From positions 1,431 through 65,430 of the forward strand of contig JACQXY010000010.1 in assembly GCA_016208485.1 (NCBI GenBank): a DNA stretch of 64,000 nucleotides, given 5' to 3'. This document shows, piece by piece, positions 9,917 to 20,377 of the stretch (its first letter is position 1; every line of letters begins with the position of its first letter). Source of the stretch: Acidobacteriota bacterium (GTDB lineage Bacteria > Actinomycetota > AC-67). The notes beneath the pieces are model-generated. The model made no database searches. It saw only the letters and a program-made list of their open reading frames with translations, and was not told the origin of the DNA. Both the position numbers and the translations under genes were made by a program.

Positions 9917-11137
9917 ATGGACTCGAGTTTGACGGCTTTGGCGGCGATCGCCGTCGTTGCCGTCGTCGCGGCGGTGTGGCTCGATCGGCGCCGCCGCCGG
10001 GCGGAGGTCTTGGTGCGGCAACGCCACCTCGATGAGACCTGCGAGCGCGAGGCCGCCGAGCGCCTCCGGGATCTCGACCGCATGAAGAGCGAGTTCCTTC
10101 AGACGGTCTCCCATGAGCTGCGCACGCCGCTCACGGTCATCCTCGGGATCGCCGACACCCTCGAACGCGGTGACCTCGACGCCTCAACCGAGACCATGAG
10201 AGATCTCGTGGCGAGGATCGCCGCCAACGCCCGGCGGCTCGATCGGCTGATGGCCGACGTGCTGGACCTGGACCGGCTCGCGCGCGGGACGCTCCAAGTT
10301 CGCCGGCGTCCCACGCGAATGGACGCTCTGCTGTCCACCGTGCTCGCGGCCGTCGATCTGGGCGGGCGTCCGGTCTCGGCCGAGGGCGCCTCGGTGGTCG
10401 CGTTGGTGGACCCCGCTCAGGTGGAGCGGATCGTGGAGAACCTCCTCGTGAACGCGGCCAAGCACACCCCCGCGGGCACTCCCGTGTGGGTGCGGGTGGA
10501 GGAGGAGAGCGAGGGAGTGCTCCTCACGGTGGAGGATGCGGGGCCGGGGGTGCCCGACGAGCTGAAGGAGGCGATCTTCGAACCGTTCCGCCGGAGCGCC
10601 GCGGATGCGCCTGGGACCGGGATCGGGCTCTCGCTCGTCGCGCGCCTCGCCGAGCTGCACGGCGGCCGGGCCTGGGTGCAGGATCGCCCCGGCGGCGGGG
10701 CCTCGTTCCGCGTGTCCCTGCCGGGCTGGCCCCGGCGGGAGCACCGCGCGCGCGTCCTGGTCGTTGATTGGGATGGCTCGGTCGACTGGGCGGAGGCGGA
10801 GATCCTGCGCCGCGCGGGGTACGACGTGGCCATCTGCGGAGGTCCCGCGCACCCCTGGGCGGCCTCCACCTGCCCTCTCGTCGAGCGCGGCCGCTGCGCG
10901 CTCGTGAGCGGCGCCGATGCCGTGGCGTTCGGGCTCACCCACCCGACCCCCGAGGCGATCGAGGTGGCGCGCGCCTACCGCGGGCACGCGCCGGGCACGC
11001 CGATGGTCCTGGAGGTGCCGGCGGCGGAAACGGCTCGCTACGGCCGGCTCTTCGAGGGGTGCGACGTGGTGGCCGCGCCGGTGACGGCCGATCGGATGGT
11101 CGGCCTGCTCGGCGAGATGCTGGCGCGGAGCCGTTGA
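9917..11137 (+). CDS. Membrane-anchored sensor histidine kinase with C-terminal Cys-containing pseudo-receiver
   Basis: N-terminal TM; SHELRTPL, NLLVNAAKH, DAGPG, FEPF, GTGIGL. Confidence 0.88.
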   Translation: MDSSLTALAAIAVVAVVAAVWLDRRRRRAEVLVRQRHLDETCEREAAERLRDLDRMKSEFLQTVSHELRTPLTVILGIADTLERGDLDASTETMRDLVARIAANARRLDRLMADVLDLDRLARGTLQVRRRPTRMDALLSTVLAAVDLGGRPVSAEGASVVALVDPAQVERIVENLLVNAAKHTPAGTPVWVRVEEESEGVLLTVEDAGPGVPDELKEAIFEPFRRSAADAPGTGIGLSLVARLAELHGGRAWVQDRPGGGASFRVSLPGWPRREHRARVLVVDWDGSVDWAEAEILRRAGYDVAICGGPAHPWAASTCPLVERGRCALVSGADAVAFGLTHPTPEAIEVARAYRGHAPGTPMVLEVPAAETARYGRLFEGCDVVAAPVTADRMVGLLGEMLARSR

Positions 11138-11161
11138 GTTCCGCGGCCTGCGAGCGCGCGC

Positions 11162-11878
11162 TCAGACGCGCCGCTTGAGGATCTCGCTCTTGACTTCCTG
11201 GATCGCGCGCGTGACGTGGATGTCGCGCGGGCATGCGCGCGTGCAGTTGAACACCGTGCGGCAGCGGAAGGCGCCGACCTTGTCGGACAGGACGGCGAGC
11301 CGCTCGTTCGAGGCCCTATCGCGCGAGTCGAAGACGAACCGGTGCGCGTTCACGATCGCCGCCGGCCCGGCGTACTGGCCGTCGCCCCAGAAGACCGGAC
11401 AGGAGGTCGTGCAAGCCGCGCACAGGATGCACTTGGTGGTGTCGTCGTAGCGCGCCCGGTCGGCGGGGGACTGGAGCCGCTCGCGGTCGGGAGCCGGGTC
11501 GTCGTTGACGAGGAACGGCAGCACCTTCCGGTAGGCGTCGAAGAACGGCTCCATGTCGACGACCAGGTCCTTGTGGACCGGCAGGCCGCGGATCGGCTCG
11601 ACCGTGATCGGCTGCGATAGGTCCTTGATCAGCACCTTGCACGCGAGCGCGTTCTGGCCGTTGATCACCATCGCGTCGGACCCGCAGATCCCGTGCCCGC
11701 AGGAGCGCCGGAAGGCGAGCGTGCCGTCGGCGCGCCACTTGATCGCGTGCAACGCGTCGAGCACGCGGTCCATCGGCTCGTAGGGCACGCGGTAGGTCTG
11801 CCAGCGGGGCGCGCCGCCGGCGTCCGGGTCGTAGCGGAGCACCCGGATCGTCGCCTCGCCACCTGCGGGCCCGGGCAT
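11162..11878 (-). CDS. sdhB: Succinate dehydrogenase iron-sulfur subunit
   Basis: RRSCGHGICGSD, CILCAACTTSCP, CRTVFNCTRACP. Confidence 0.96.
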   Translation of the reverse strand: MPGPAGGEATIRVLRYDPDAGGAPRWQTYRVPYEPMDRVLDALHAIKWRADGTLAFRRSCGHGICGSDAMVINGQNALACKVLIKDLSQPITVEPIRGLPVHKDLVVDMEPFFDAYRKVLPFLVNDDPAPDRERLQSPADRARYDDTTKCILCAACTTSCPVFWGDGQYAGPAAIVNAHRFVFDSRDRASNERLAVLSDKVGAFRCRTVFNCTRACPRDIHVTRAIQEVKSEILKRRV

Positions 11879-13614
11879 CAGTACTTCCTCTCCACCGGCT
11901 TGTAGCGGCCGAGCCTCACCGGCTTGTAGCCGAGCCTGACGGCGTCGCCGGACTTCCAGGCGAGCGAGTGCTTCAGCCACCTCTTGTCGTTGCGCTTCGG
12001 GAAGTCGCCCCGGTAGTGGCCGCCGCGGCTCTCGGTGCGAGCGCGGGCCGCCGCGACGAGGGTCTCGGCCAGGTCGAGCAGGCAGCCGAGCTCGAAGGCC
12101 TCCATCAGGTCGGTGTTGAACGCGCGCGAACGGTCCTGGACGCCGGCTCGCTCCGCGTAGCGCTCCCGCAGCAGGCCGAGGGCGTTCTCCTGCTCGCGCA
12201 GCAGCTCGTCGGTCCGGAAGACGCTCGCGTTCTCGTCCATCGAGTGCTGCAGCTCGGCGCGGATCTCCGGCACGGCGTGGGGCTCCGGCCCCTCGGCGAG
12301 GCGGGCGAGGATCGCCTTCGCGTCCCGCTCAGGCTCCTCCGGCATCGGGGCGAAGTCGAGGCGCCGGGCGTCCTCGACCATCGAGAGCCCGCCGCGGCGG
12401 CCGAACACGATGATGTCGAGGAGGGAGTTCGTCCCGAGCCGGTTCCCGCCGTGGACGCTCACGCACGCGCACTCGCCGGCCGCGTACAGCCCGGGGAAGA
12501 CCGTGTTCGTCTCGTCGGACACCACGCGCGCGTCGTTATCGGTTGGGATCCCGCCCATCGCGTAGTGGGCGGTCGGGACCACCGGGACTCCCTCGCGGAG
12601 CGGCTCCACCCCGAGGTAGATGCGCGCGAACTCGGTGATGTCGGGGAGCTTTTCCTCGATCAGCTCCTTGCCGAGATGGGTGACGTCGAGGAGCACGTAG
12701 TCCTTCTTCGGCCCGGCCCCGCGGCCCTCCTTGACCTCGAAGTAGATCGCGCGGGAGACCATGTCGCGCGGAGCGAGATCCTTGATCGAGGGCGCGTAGC
12801 GCTCCATGAAGCGCTCGCCGGTCGCGTTCCGAAGGACCCCGCCTTCCCCGCGCGCGGCCTCCGACAGCAGGATCCCGATCCCGTACAGGCCGGTCGGGTG
12901 GAACTGGAAGAACTCCATGTCCTCCAGGGGGAGGCCGCGCCGGAGCGCTACCGCCGGGCCGTCGCCGGTGAGCGCGTGGGCGTTGGAGGTCACGCGGAAC
13001 ATCCGCCCGAACCCGCCGGTGGCCAGTAGCGCGGTCTTGCAGCGGAACACGTGCAGCTCGCCGGTCGCAAGCTCGTAGGCGACCAGCCCCGCGACCCGGC
13101 CGCCGGAGACGATCATGTCGAGGAGGTAGAACTCGTTGTAGAACTCGACCCCCTGTTTCACGCACTGCTGGTAGAGGGTTTGCAGGATCATGTGGCCGGT
13201 CCGGTCGGCGGCGTAGCACGCGCGCATCACCGGGGCCTCTCCGTGCGCGCGGGTGTGCCCGCCGAAGCGGCGCTGGTCGACCCGGCCGTCGGGGGTCCGG
13301 TTGAACGGCATTCCCCAGTGCTCGAGGTCGATCACCGCGTCGATCGCCTCGCGGCACATCACGTCGACGGAGTCCTGGTCGGCGAGGAAGTCGGAGCCCT
13401 TCACGGTGTCGAACGCGTGCCACTCCCAGGTGTCCTCCTCGACGTTCGCGAGGGCGGCGCACATGCCTCCTTGAGCGGCGCCGGTGTGGGAGCGGGTCGG
13501 GTAGAGCTTGGAGATGACGGCCGTCCGGACGTGCTGGGAGGCCTCGAGCGCGGCGCGGAGCCCGGCGCCGCCGGCGCCGACGATCACCGCGTCGTAGGTG
13601 TGGGTCGTTGCCAC
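11878..13614 (-). CDS. sdhA: Succinate dehydrogenase flavoprotein subunit
   Basis: [39 protein letters not shown]. Confidence 0.97.
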   Translation of the reverse strand: MATTHTYDAVIVGAGGAGLRAALEASQHVRTAVISKLYPTRSHTGAAQGGMCAALANVEEDTWEWHAFDTVKGSDFLADQDSVDVMCREAIDAVIDLEHWGMPFNRTPDGRVDQRRFGGHTRAHGEAPVMRACYAADRTGHMILQTLYQQCVKQGVEFYNEFYLLDMIVSGGRVAGLVAYELATGELHVFRCKTALLATGGFGRMFRVTSNAHALTGDGPAVALRRGLPLEDMEFFQFHPTGLYGIGILLSEAARGEGGVLRNATGERFMERYAPSIKDLAPRDMVSRAIYFEVKEGRGAGPKKDYVLLDVTHLGKELIEEKLPDITEFARIYLGVEPLREGVPVVPTAHYAMGGIPTDNDARVVSDETNTVFPGLYAAGECACVSVHGGNRLGTNSLLDIIVFGRRGGLSMVEDARRLDFAPMPEEPERDAKAILARLAEGPEPHAVPEIRAELQHSMDENASVFRTDELLREQENALGLLRERYAERAGVQDRSRAFNTDLMEAFELGCLLDLAETLVAAARARTESRGGHYRGDFPKRNDKRWLKHSLAWKSGDAVRLGYKPVRLGRYKPVERKY

Positions 13615-13615
13615 G

Positions 13616-14014
13616 CTAGCTGCCCTTCGCGGGATCGAATGCGACGATGATGAGGGTCCCGAGCAGCAGGAAAATCAGGGACGCGACGTACAGCGCGCTC
13701 TTCAGCGCGGCCCGCAGGCCGTCCCGGCGCACGTAGTCGTCGATCACGACCCGGAGCCCGTTCGCGCCGTGGATGAGGCCGAGCGTGAGCATCGTCCAGT
13801 CCCAGGTCTGCCAGAGGGGGCTCGACCACCGGCCGGCGACGAAGGCGAAGTTCACGCGGTCCACCCCCTCGCCGAGGAGGTGCACGATCGTGAAGTGCCC
13901 GAGGACGAGGAAGACGAGCACGATGCCCGAGATCCGCATGAAGAACCAGGTCCACAGCTCGAGGCCTCCCGCCGGCGCGGGAGTCTGCGTCCGCTCGCGC
14001 GTCGCCAGGCTCAC
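13616..14014 (-). CDS. sdhD: Succinate dehydrogenase hydrophobic anchor subunit
   Basis: WFFMRISG...[16 protein letters not shown] overlaps the sdhC stop. Confidence 0.88.
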   Translation of the reverse strand: MSLATRERTQTPAPAGGLELWTWFFMRISGIVLVFLVLGHFTIVHLLGEGVDRVNFAFVAGRWSSPLWQTWDWTMLTLGLIHGANGLRVVIDDYVRRDGLRAALKSALYVASLIFLLLGTLIIVAFDPAKGS

Positions 14015-14400
14015 CGGAGGCTCCTCACCAGCAGCCGCCCCATGAAGTAGGTGGTCGGGATCATCAGCAGGACCCAGACCGAGACGACCGCCGCGAGCAG
14101 TTGCTGGTGGCGGTCGGCGAGGCGCGGGAAGAAGTCGATCGCCACGATCCGAAGGCCGTTCAGGGCGTGGAAGAGAACCATCGCCGCCAATCCCATCTCG
14201 AGTAGGCGGATGAGAGGGTTGTGGTAGACCGCGACGACCCGGTTGAAGACCTCGGGGCCGAACCCGACGAGCGCGGTGTCCAGGATGTGCGCGAAAAGGA
14301 AGAGGAGAACTCCGACCCCAGTGATGCGGTGCAACGCCCACGCCCACTGGCCCTGTCCGCCGCGGTAGACGGTCCCGAGGCGTCCGGGAACTGGTGCCAA
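14011..14400 (-). CDS. sdhC: Succinate dehydrogenase cytochrome b556 subunit
   Basis: YRGGQGQWAWALHRITG, HILDT, FHALNGLR; AAGGAGG RBS before the TTG. Confidence 0.9.
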   Translation of the reverse strand: MAPVPGRLGTVYRGGQGQWAWALHRITGVGVLLFLFAHILDTALVGFGPEVFNRVVAVYHNPLIRLLEMGLAAMVLFHALNGLRIVAIDFFPRLADRHQQLLAAVVSVWVLLMIPTTYFMGRLLVRSLR

Positions 14401-14539
14401 GGCTTTCGGATCCTCCTTGCGGCGCGCCGCGCCGCCGTCCGGATACGGCCTCACGGCCGCTCCAGAATGGGAACATATCAGCGTTCGGGCCGGGAGTCGA
14501 AACGGCGCGCGCGCGCGGCGCGCCCCGCCTCGGTCTGCG

Positions 14540-14818
14540 GGGGGAGTCCACGTCCCGCTCGATGGCGGTGAGCGCGGCCGCGCGGATCGTCTCGATCGGA
14601 TCATCGGTGGTCAGTCCCGCTTCTCCGAGCGCGGCGATCACCGCGTCGATTCCGTGTTCCATCGCGACGAAGGCGTTCACGTCGACGTCGACGGTGGCGC
14701 GCGGCGGCGCGTAGAAGCCGAGCGCCAGGGCGCCTCCGATCGCGTAGTCGATGTCGCGACGTTCGAGGGCGTCGGCGACCGCCAGGGCGACGTCGGCGGC
14801 GGTGGGCGTCTCAGGCAT
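14540..14818 (-). pseudogene. Truncated nucleotidyltransferase (type IV TA-like toxin)
   Basis: YAIGGALALGFYAPPRATVDVDV motif, then loss of the middle of the protein near 14575. Confidence 0.65.
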
Positions 14819-15030
14819 CGCGGCAGGCTGCCAGCCGGCGAAGAAGCGATTCCGTCGAGGGGGGGGACGGGGTCGATCCGGCGAAGGCGCTGTTCCCGAT
14901 CCGGCGCGCCTTCCAGAAGCTGCATTGCCGCGCGGCACGCGGCCTGGATGGCGCCGGCGCGCTCCGCGATCGAGCGGCCCTGCGACGAGGGCGCCTCCTC
15001 GGGTCGCGGCCAGGGTCGCGCGCGGGCCAT
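14811..15030 (-). pseudogene. Small putative antitoxin, frameshifted at a C8 tract
   Basis: Removing one C from the tract at 14859-14866 gives ...DPVPPSTESLLRRLAACRDA*, whose stop overlaps the downstream ATG (ATGCCTGA). Confidence 0.55.
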
Positions 15031-15146
15031 GATTCGAGTCTAGAGGCCCCGGGGCGGCGTCACAACGAATGCGGCCGGCGGGGGCCGGTCTCCTGCTCGC
15101 GGGCGGATTGCTCAACCCCGCGATGCCCCAGCGCGGGGCCACCGCG

Positions 15147-15845
15147 CTACTCGCTCTCGAATTGATGGCTGCCGAACTTCAACGTTCGACTGTTCTCGGT
15201 CACGGTGCGGACGATCTGATCCGAGGCGCCATCCGGGAGCAACGCCTCGATCTCGAGGGTGACCGTGACCTCCGCGCCCACCTGACCGACCAAGTGCGCG
15301 ACTACCTCGTCGGCGATGCGGCTCGCGTCGCGCCCGACGCGCGCGGGATCGAGCCGGACGGTTCCGTGGAACCGGTGAGGCAGCGGCGCAACCGCCGCAT
15401 CAGGCGCCGCGTCCGTCGCCTGAGTGGGCTTGGCGCCGGAGGAGGCGGCGGGAGGCGCTCCGGTACCGGGCTCGCCGTTCGGGATCGCCGCCGGTGTTTC
15501 CGCGTCCATCTGCCTCCGGGCCACCTCCGGCTTCACCAGCAGCCCGGCGCCGTCCGCCGTGAGCATCACCACCTGCCCGCCGCGCAAGCCGCGATAGCGG
15601 CCGGCGCCCTCGTCGTAGCTCTCGGCGTACGCGAACGTCTCCGACTGCCACGTGAGGAGCGCCATGCCGTCGCGGGCCGCCTGTGCCAGCACCTCGGGCC
15701 GGGCGAGGCGTGGCAGGTAGAGGTAGCGCGCGAAGTCCTCGACGAGCTGGCGGATCGCGACATCGTCGCCGCGCCACAGCGGCACATCGTCCAGGTGCTT
15801 GCGCAGGACGGTCGAGCCGAGCAAGGAGAGCAGCAACCGCGCGCG
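15147..15845 (-). pseudogene. C-terminal fragment of DUF499-family AAA+ ATPase
   Basis: [48 protein letters not shown]; ATPase core absent. Confidence 0.8.
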
Positions 15846-16203
15846 GGTGGTCGGCGTTCTCGGCGCACGCGCGCCGCCAGCTCTGCCAGATCTCATCGCG
15901 CGCGGCCTGCAGGACGGTCTCGTTGGTGGTGTTCTCCCACTGCACGAGGTCCTCGATCAGCTTGAACAGGCGTTTGCGCTCCTTCTCCTGGGCCTTCTCG
16001 GTCGGGAACAGATCTGGGTACGACGACGGGTCGTCCACCATCTGCGAGAAGATCACCGCGCGCGCGGCCGCCAGCGGCCGCCGGGCCCACCACAGGTGCA
16101 GCGTCGAGGGATGCCCACGCCGGATGGACTTCTCGCGCGCCGACGCCTTGTTGATCGCCTCCAAGGGCAACGCGACTTCGATGAGTTTCTTCTTCGTGGT
16201 CAC
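15838..16203 (-). pseudogene. N-terminal fragment of DUF1156-family adenine DNA methyltransferase
   Basis: [14 protein letters not shown]...[20 protein letters not shown]; cut off after ENADHPRA and abuts the DUF499 fragment. Confidence 0.85.
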
Positions 16204-16298
16204 GTTGTCCCCCCGCATCGGATGATCACTCCCGCCGCCCGGATGAAACTCGGATGGTTTCCCGCGCGCCGAGGGGCCGCCGGGATCGGATGACCTCG

Positions 16299-17902
16299 TC
16301 ATACGGCTCCCCCGCCCTTCCCTGGTTTACGATTACGGCGATCGACTTGACGATTGGTTGACGATTCGGCCGTTCCCTTGAGGCGATAGCGGGTCGATCG
16401 GCCTGCCCCCACCCTCTCGGCCAGGCCCAGCTCGACGAGCTTCCCGAAGTCGCTGGAGGTGATCGTACGGGTGACGCCGAACTCCGCTTCGCACTGCCTG
16501 CTCGTAAGCTCTTCGCCCTCGACCAGCTGGAGCATCATCCTGCGCTGGCGTTCGCTCAGTTGCGCTTCCACGGCAGGGGTCACCAGGAGCCGGCTCTCGG
16601 GCGCGCGCAGGCGGTCGATGTCCTCGCCCGGTCCCGGGAAGGTGACCTGGAAGTATCCGGTGTCGGTGCCGATCAGCGGCCTGTCCAGCCCGTGATCGAG
16701 CATCTGGTCGGTCATGCGGCGGAAGCCGCTGCCGCGCTCCTCGATACGATGAAAGTAGGACAGGCACTGCGCGAGGACCGGGTTGCGCGAGCAGGGGCGG
16801 TACTTGCCCTTGCGGAGGTTGGCGAGCGTGATGGGCGCGGGCGGCAGGCCGGGGCTCGAGACGACCACCCGGTCGGCGAACACCTCGAGAAGGATCTTGC
16901 GGCCGGCATCCTCGTACTGGCGGTGCGCCACCGCGTTCACCAGCGCCTCGCGCAGGCCATCGACGGGATACTCGTCGAGCCGCACCCGGTTCAGGCCCAC
17001 GATCCTCATCGGGTGCCGAGTGTTGCGGTCGATGAAGGCAATTGCGCGGTCGATCGCGAGCGGCATCGGCGCCCGGACGTCCTCGTGGTCGCGCGGGTCG
17101 CCGTCGGGCCCGGCGCCCCGGTAGGCGTCGGCCAGAATGCGGCACTGGGGAAACACCGCTGAGGGATCCTTGGCCAGGAGCACGATCCCGGCTGCGGTGG
17201 CATAGTGCTCGCCCGAGGCGGGCTCATGCCAGACGAGACCGCGCAACGCGGCGCCCGCCAGGAGATCCTCCTCGGAGATGTCCGCCCCTTCGCGCCCCTC
17301 GGCGGCGGCAAGCAGCCGGCGAACCACGTCGTGGTCGAGGTCCTGCCAGCGGATCCGGTCGAGGGAGCGGGACTCGAAGGGGGACGTGGCCTCGATGGTC
17401 TGGCGGGCGATCTCGTTCTCGTCGCTGGTGGGAGCGATGCCGAAGCGATCCAAGAACAGCTTCACCAGCGCGGCGCGCACTTCCCTCTAGAGTTCGATGA
17501 CGTTGCCGAAGCGCTTGTACTTGGGCCCGTCTGCGTCGAGTTCGGCCAGCAGGGCGACCGTTCCTGCTTCGCGCTTGACGTGCCGCTCGCCCCGGATGAA
17601 GGCGAGCACGGGGAGTCCCTTGGCCTTCGCGTGGCGATACTCGGCGTGGGGGTGATGGATAGCTCGCCGACCGGCGTGCCGTACTCGACGCCCACGATCA
17701 ACAGGTAGACCTGGCAGGCGTCGAGGGCTTCGAAGCAGCCCGCCAGGGCCTTGCTCGGGGACGCCGGCTCGTACTCGTAGAGTACCGGCGTGCAGTGCGC
17801 CGACAGAAAGGAATCGGTGTTCAGCAGGTTCTGGACGATGAGCCGCTCGTCCTCGAGTTCCTTCTGCGCGGAGCTGACGAACACGCGGAGCTTCGCGGTC
17901 AT
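16299..17902 (-). pseudogene. DUF4062 + RecG-C/HATPase-like + wHTH protein, frameshifted at G5 tract 17648-17652
   Basis: LRVFVSS..EL.DER (DUF4062), SIT/HAEYRHA continuing in another frame, EYP..LREALVNAVAHR, RNP.LA, IEERGSG, C-terminal HTH. Confidence 0.75.
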
Positions 17903-17985
17903 CACTTGGCGTCCGCCCGCGCGGCCGCCTCGTCGATCGCCTCCAGGGGCAACGCGACCTCGATCAGTTTCTTGCGAATGGTCAT
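17902..17985 (-). repeat. Duplicated 5' stub of DUF1156 gene (27-aa ORF)
   Basis: [27 protein letters not shown]; its ATG overlaps the ParA-like stop and its TGA overlaps the next ATG. Confidence 0.85.
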
Positions 17986-18968
17986 GGCAACGTCGCTCGC
18001 GCTTGCTTGGCGACCTCGATCGCGAGGGTGCGGAAGTCTCGACGGCAGTCCTGGACGGCCTGGGCGTGACCGCCGATCGCTCCGTCTGCGGGTTTGAGGA
18101 GGAACATCGGCTTGCGCGCTTCCTGAGCGAGGGGCATCAGGCTCCGGTAGTGCTTCAGGGTGGACAAGCAGTGAGGATCCCGGGCGATGGTGACGTCTGC
18201 CTGGGGGATCGCCTCCCCCAGGACCGCCTCCCGGTAGACGCCCGGGATCCTCGCCATCCACTTCCCGTAGGCCTTCACCGGTCGATCGAGGCGGACGGCA
18301 TGCTGCATCACGACGTAGCCAAGCGGCTCCATCCGGCCATCCGGCAGGTCCAACTCCGCCGGGCGCTTCTTGAGTCGCTCCTCCCATCCGCTGCGCCACT
18401 CCCGCAAGCGTGGCCCGAGATTCTGGAGGCCCTTGAGGGAGAACAGATCCGGAGCGAGGGGGATGGCTACGTGGTCGGCGGCGATCAGGGCCGCGCGGTT
18501 GATCGCACCGAGATTCGGGCCGACGTCGATCAGGACGATGTCTGCCTCGCGCAGTTGCGCCGCGCGCGCAAGGATCTGGTGGAAAGCTCCGATCACTCGG
18601 AAAGCCCGGGTCTTGCCCTCGAGGCAGTACGGCCACTGCTGGCTCAGCTCGTCCTCGAATCCCGAGAGCGCGAGATCCCCGGCCAGAAGCCCGATGCCGG
18701 CGATGTCCTCGACATGCGGATCGGCGATCCCGCCCTTGCCTTCCAGAAGCGGGAGCAACGGCCCGAGGATGGTTCTGCCCGGCATCCCGTTCGGCCAGAG
18801 CGATTCGAGCGCATCCTCATCCAGGAACATAGTTGTGAGATTGGCCTGCGGGTCGAGATCCGCCGCGAGCACAGAGAGGCCGAGTTCGGTGTACATCCAG
18901 GCCAGGTGGTAGACGAGCGAGGTCTTTCCGATGCCGCCCTTGTTGTTGAAGAACGCAACCGCCTTCAA
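17982..18968 (-). CDS. ParA/MinD-family ATPase (defence-island type)
   Basis: FFNNKGGIGKTS, DLDPQANLT, LIDVGPNLGAINRAAL. Confidence 0.88.
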   Translation of the reverse strand: MKAVAFFNNKGGIGKTSLVYHLAWMYTELGLSVLAADLDPQANLTTMFLDEDALESLWPNGMPGRTILGPLLPLLEGKGGIADPHVEDIAGIGLLAGDLALSGFEDELSQQWPYCLEGKTRAFRVIGAFHQILARAAQLREADIVLIDVGPNLGAINRAALIAADHVAIPLAPDLFSLKGLQNLGPRLREWRSGWEERLKKRPAELDLPDGRMEPLGYVVMQHAVRLDRPVKAYGKWMARIPGVYREAVLGEAIPQADVTIARDPHCLSTLKHYRSLMPLAQEARKPMFLLKPADGAIGGHAQAVQDCRRDFRTLAIEVAKQARATLP

Positions 18969-20155
18969 GGGGCTGACCTCACGGTGACGGCGACGAGCGT
19001 GGGCTCAAACCCAAACTCGGGCGGTGGGTTGCCGTTGTCGGCAAGAGCCTGTCGCGCCAGCGGAATTCCGAGACCGAAGCGCTGCGCAAAGCCTAGGTTG
19101 TACATGATCTCGGCTACGAGCGGGTTGCGGTAGTCGGTAACCCCCGCGCCGAAGTTCTGCGGCGTAACCTGGCCGTACAAGCTCCCGGGACTCTGGAACT
19201 CGATCCGTTCGGTGTACCAGTAGATCCGAGCCGGCGCGTTGGTGGATTCGTAGGCCCGATGCATGACCGCGTTGCGCGCGAGTTGTTGAAGGGCGGGAAG
19301 CGGATAGTCGGGCCGGCGGATCTCGCGCGGTCCCGAGGTCACCTCGGTGCGCACGGAGACGTTGATTTCCAGGAGATCGTCTAGCCGTCGCAGCACGTCC
19401 TCGAGCCGTCCGGTAAGGGTCTTCTGGTCTCGGATGGGGTCGGTTAGCGAGGATCCAGCGATGCGCAGGAACTGCACATAGGCCCCGGGCACCCAGCTTT
19501 GCGGATCACGACCCAAGCCGAGCATCGCACCGTAGGTGGGTGCATCGCCGGTCGTCAGACGCAGCGACCGGAGCTGCTGCTCGGTAGGGCGCTGGTTCTC
19601 CTCGAGGACATCGATGGCGATGGCGCGCGGCAGGTACTGTGTGCGGGCGTAGTCAAGATCGAGATCGTTGAGCGCTGCGCCCGACACCGGCCGCAGGTCA
19701 AAGGGAAGGTCGCGCGCGCGCCGGCGCTCGGCGAGCCTGATCTCTTCTTCGGGCGTAGCAAGGCGCACGGTGGGGCCGACTCTTGCCCAGACCCGCCCTT
19801 GATAGCGCACGGGGGGATAGGAACTCGGATGAACCGTCACGACGGCTACGTCGCAGCCGTCCATTGTGCGTTTCTCGATGTGCAGAGAGGGAAGAGGCAG
19901 GATGTTGCCGTCGTCGCGCATCGCGGCCAGATCGCGCAGGAGTTGATCCCCAATTTCCAAGGAAGCGCACCGGCCGTCGTCCTCGACGCCGATCAGGATG
20001 ATGCCCGGCCGGCCCCGGCCGGCGAGGTCGTTCGCGAATGCGCAGATGTTTCGGCGGATGCCGCTCCGGTCGGCAGCGGACCGTTTGCGCTCGACGAGCT
20101 CCGACTCGACCTCAAGACACATCCGGCGCAGCTCGTCGTCGCTGTATACGCTCAT
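18965..20155 (-). CDS. Schlafen/AlbA_2-domain protein with RecG-C/HATPase-like domain
   Basis: ESELVERK, ICAFAND, IILIGVEDDG, DYP..ALQQLARNAVMHR, YRNP, QRFGLGI. Confidence 0.82.
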   Translation of the reverse strand: MSVYSDDELRRMCLEVESELVERKRSAADRSGIRRNICAFANDLAGRGRPGIILIGVEDDGRCASLEIGDQLLRDLAAMRDDGNILPLPSLHIEKRTMDGCDVAVVTVHPSSYPPVRYQGRVWARVGPTVRLATPEEEIRLAERRRARDLPFDLRPVSGAALNDLDLDYARTQYLPRAIAIDVLEENQRPTEQQLRSLRLTTGDAPTYGAMLGLGRDPQSWVPGAYVQFLRIAGSSLTDPIRDQKTLTGRLEDVLRRLDDLLEINVSVRTEVTSGPREIRRPDYPLPALQQLARNAVMHRAYESTNAPARIYWYTERIEFQSPGSLYGQVTPQNFGAGVTDYRNPLVAEIMYNLGFAQRFGLGIPLARQALADNGNPPPEFGFEPTLVAVTVRSAP

Positions 20156-20256
20156 GCTGGGTATCCTTTCACAACCGCCGCTTTCGCACGTGCGGCGGTT
20201 CCGCTGATCGCCTCGAGCGGCAGGGTGCCTTCGGTGAGGTTCTTCCCATCCGGCAT
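20152..20256 (-). repeat. Degenerate third copy of DUF1156 5' stub (34-aa ORF)
   Basis: MPDGKNLTEGTLPLEAISGTAARAKAAVVKGYPA* aligns to [29 protein letters not shown]; its TGA overlaps the AlbA ATG. Confidence 0.7.
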
Positions 20257-20377
20257 CAGGCGATGCCCCCCTCCCAAGTCCGGTCAAGCGGCTGCAAGGA
20301 GTCGCAGATTGCCCAGGAACTGCGCGCGGGTGCAATCCTCCGTGCAATCCCGGGACGCCCCCCTCTAGCGGCCATAC

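Noticed and set aside
13616..15142. 508-aa ORF joining the NTase fragment to SdhD
   Set aside because: Accidental open frame; sdhD has its own coupled GTG and the middle overlaps sdhC out of frame
17982..18968. Plasmid or chromosome partition system
   Set aside because: No parB or parS-like repeats; defence-island context
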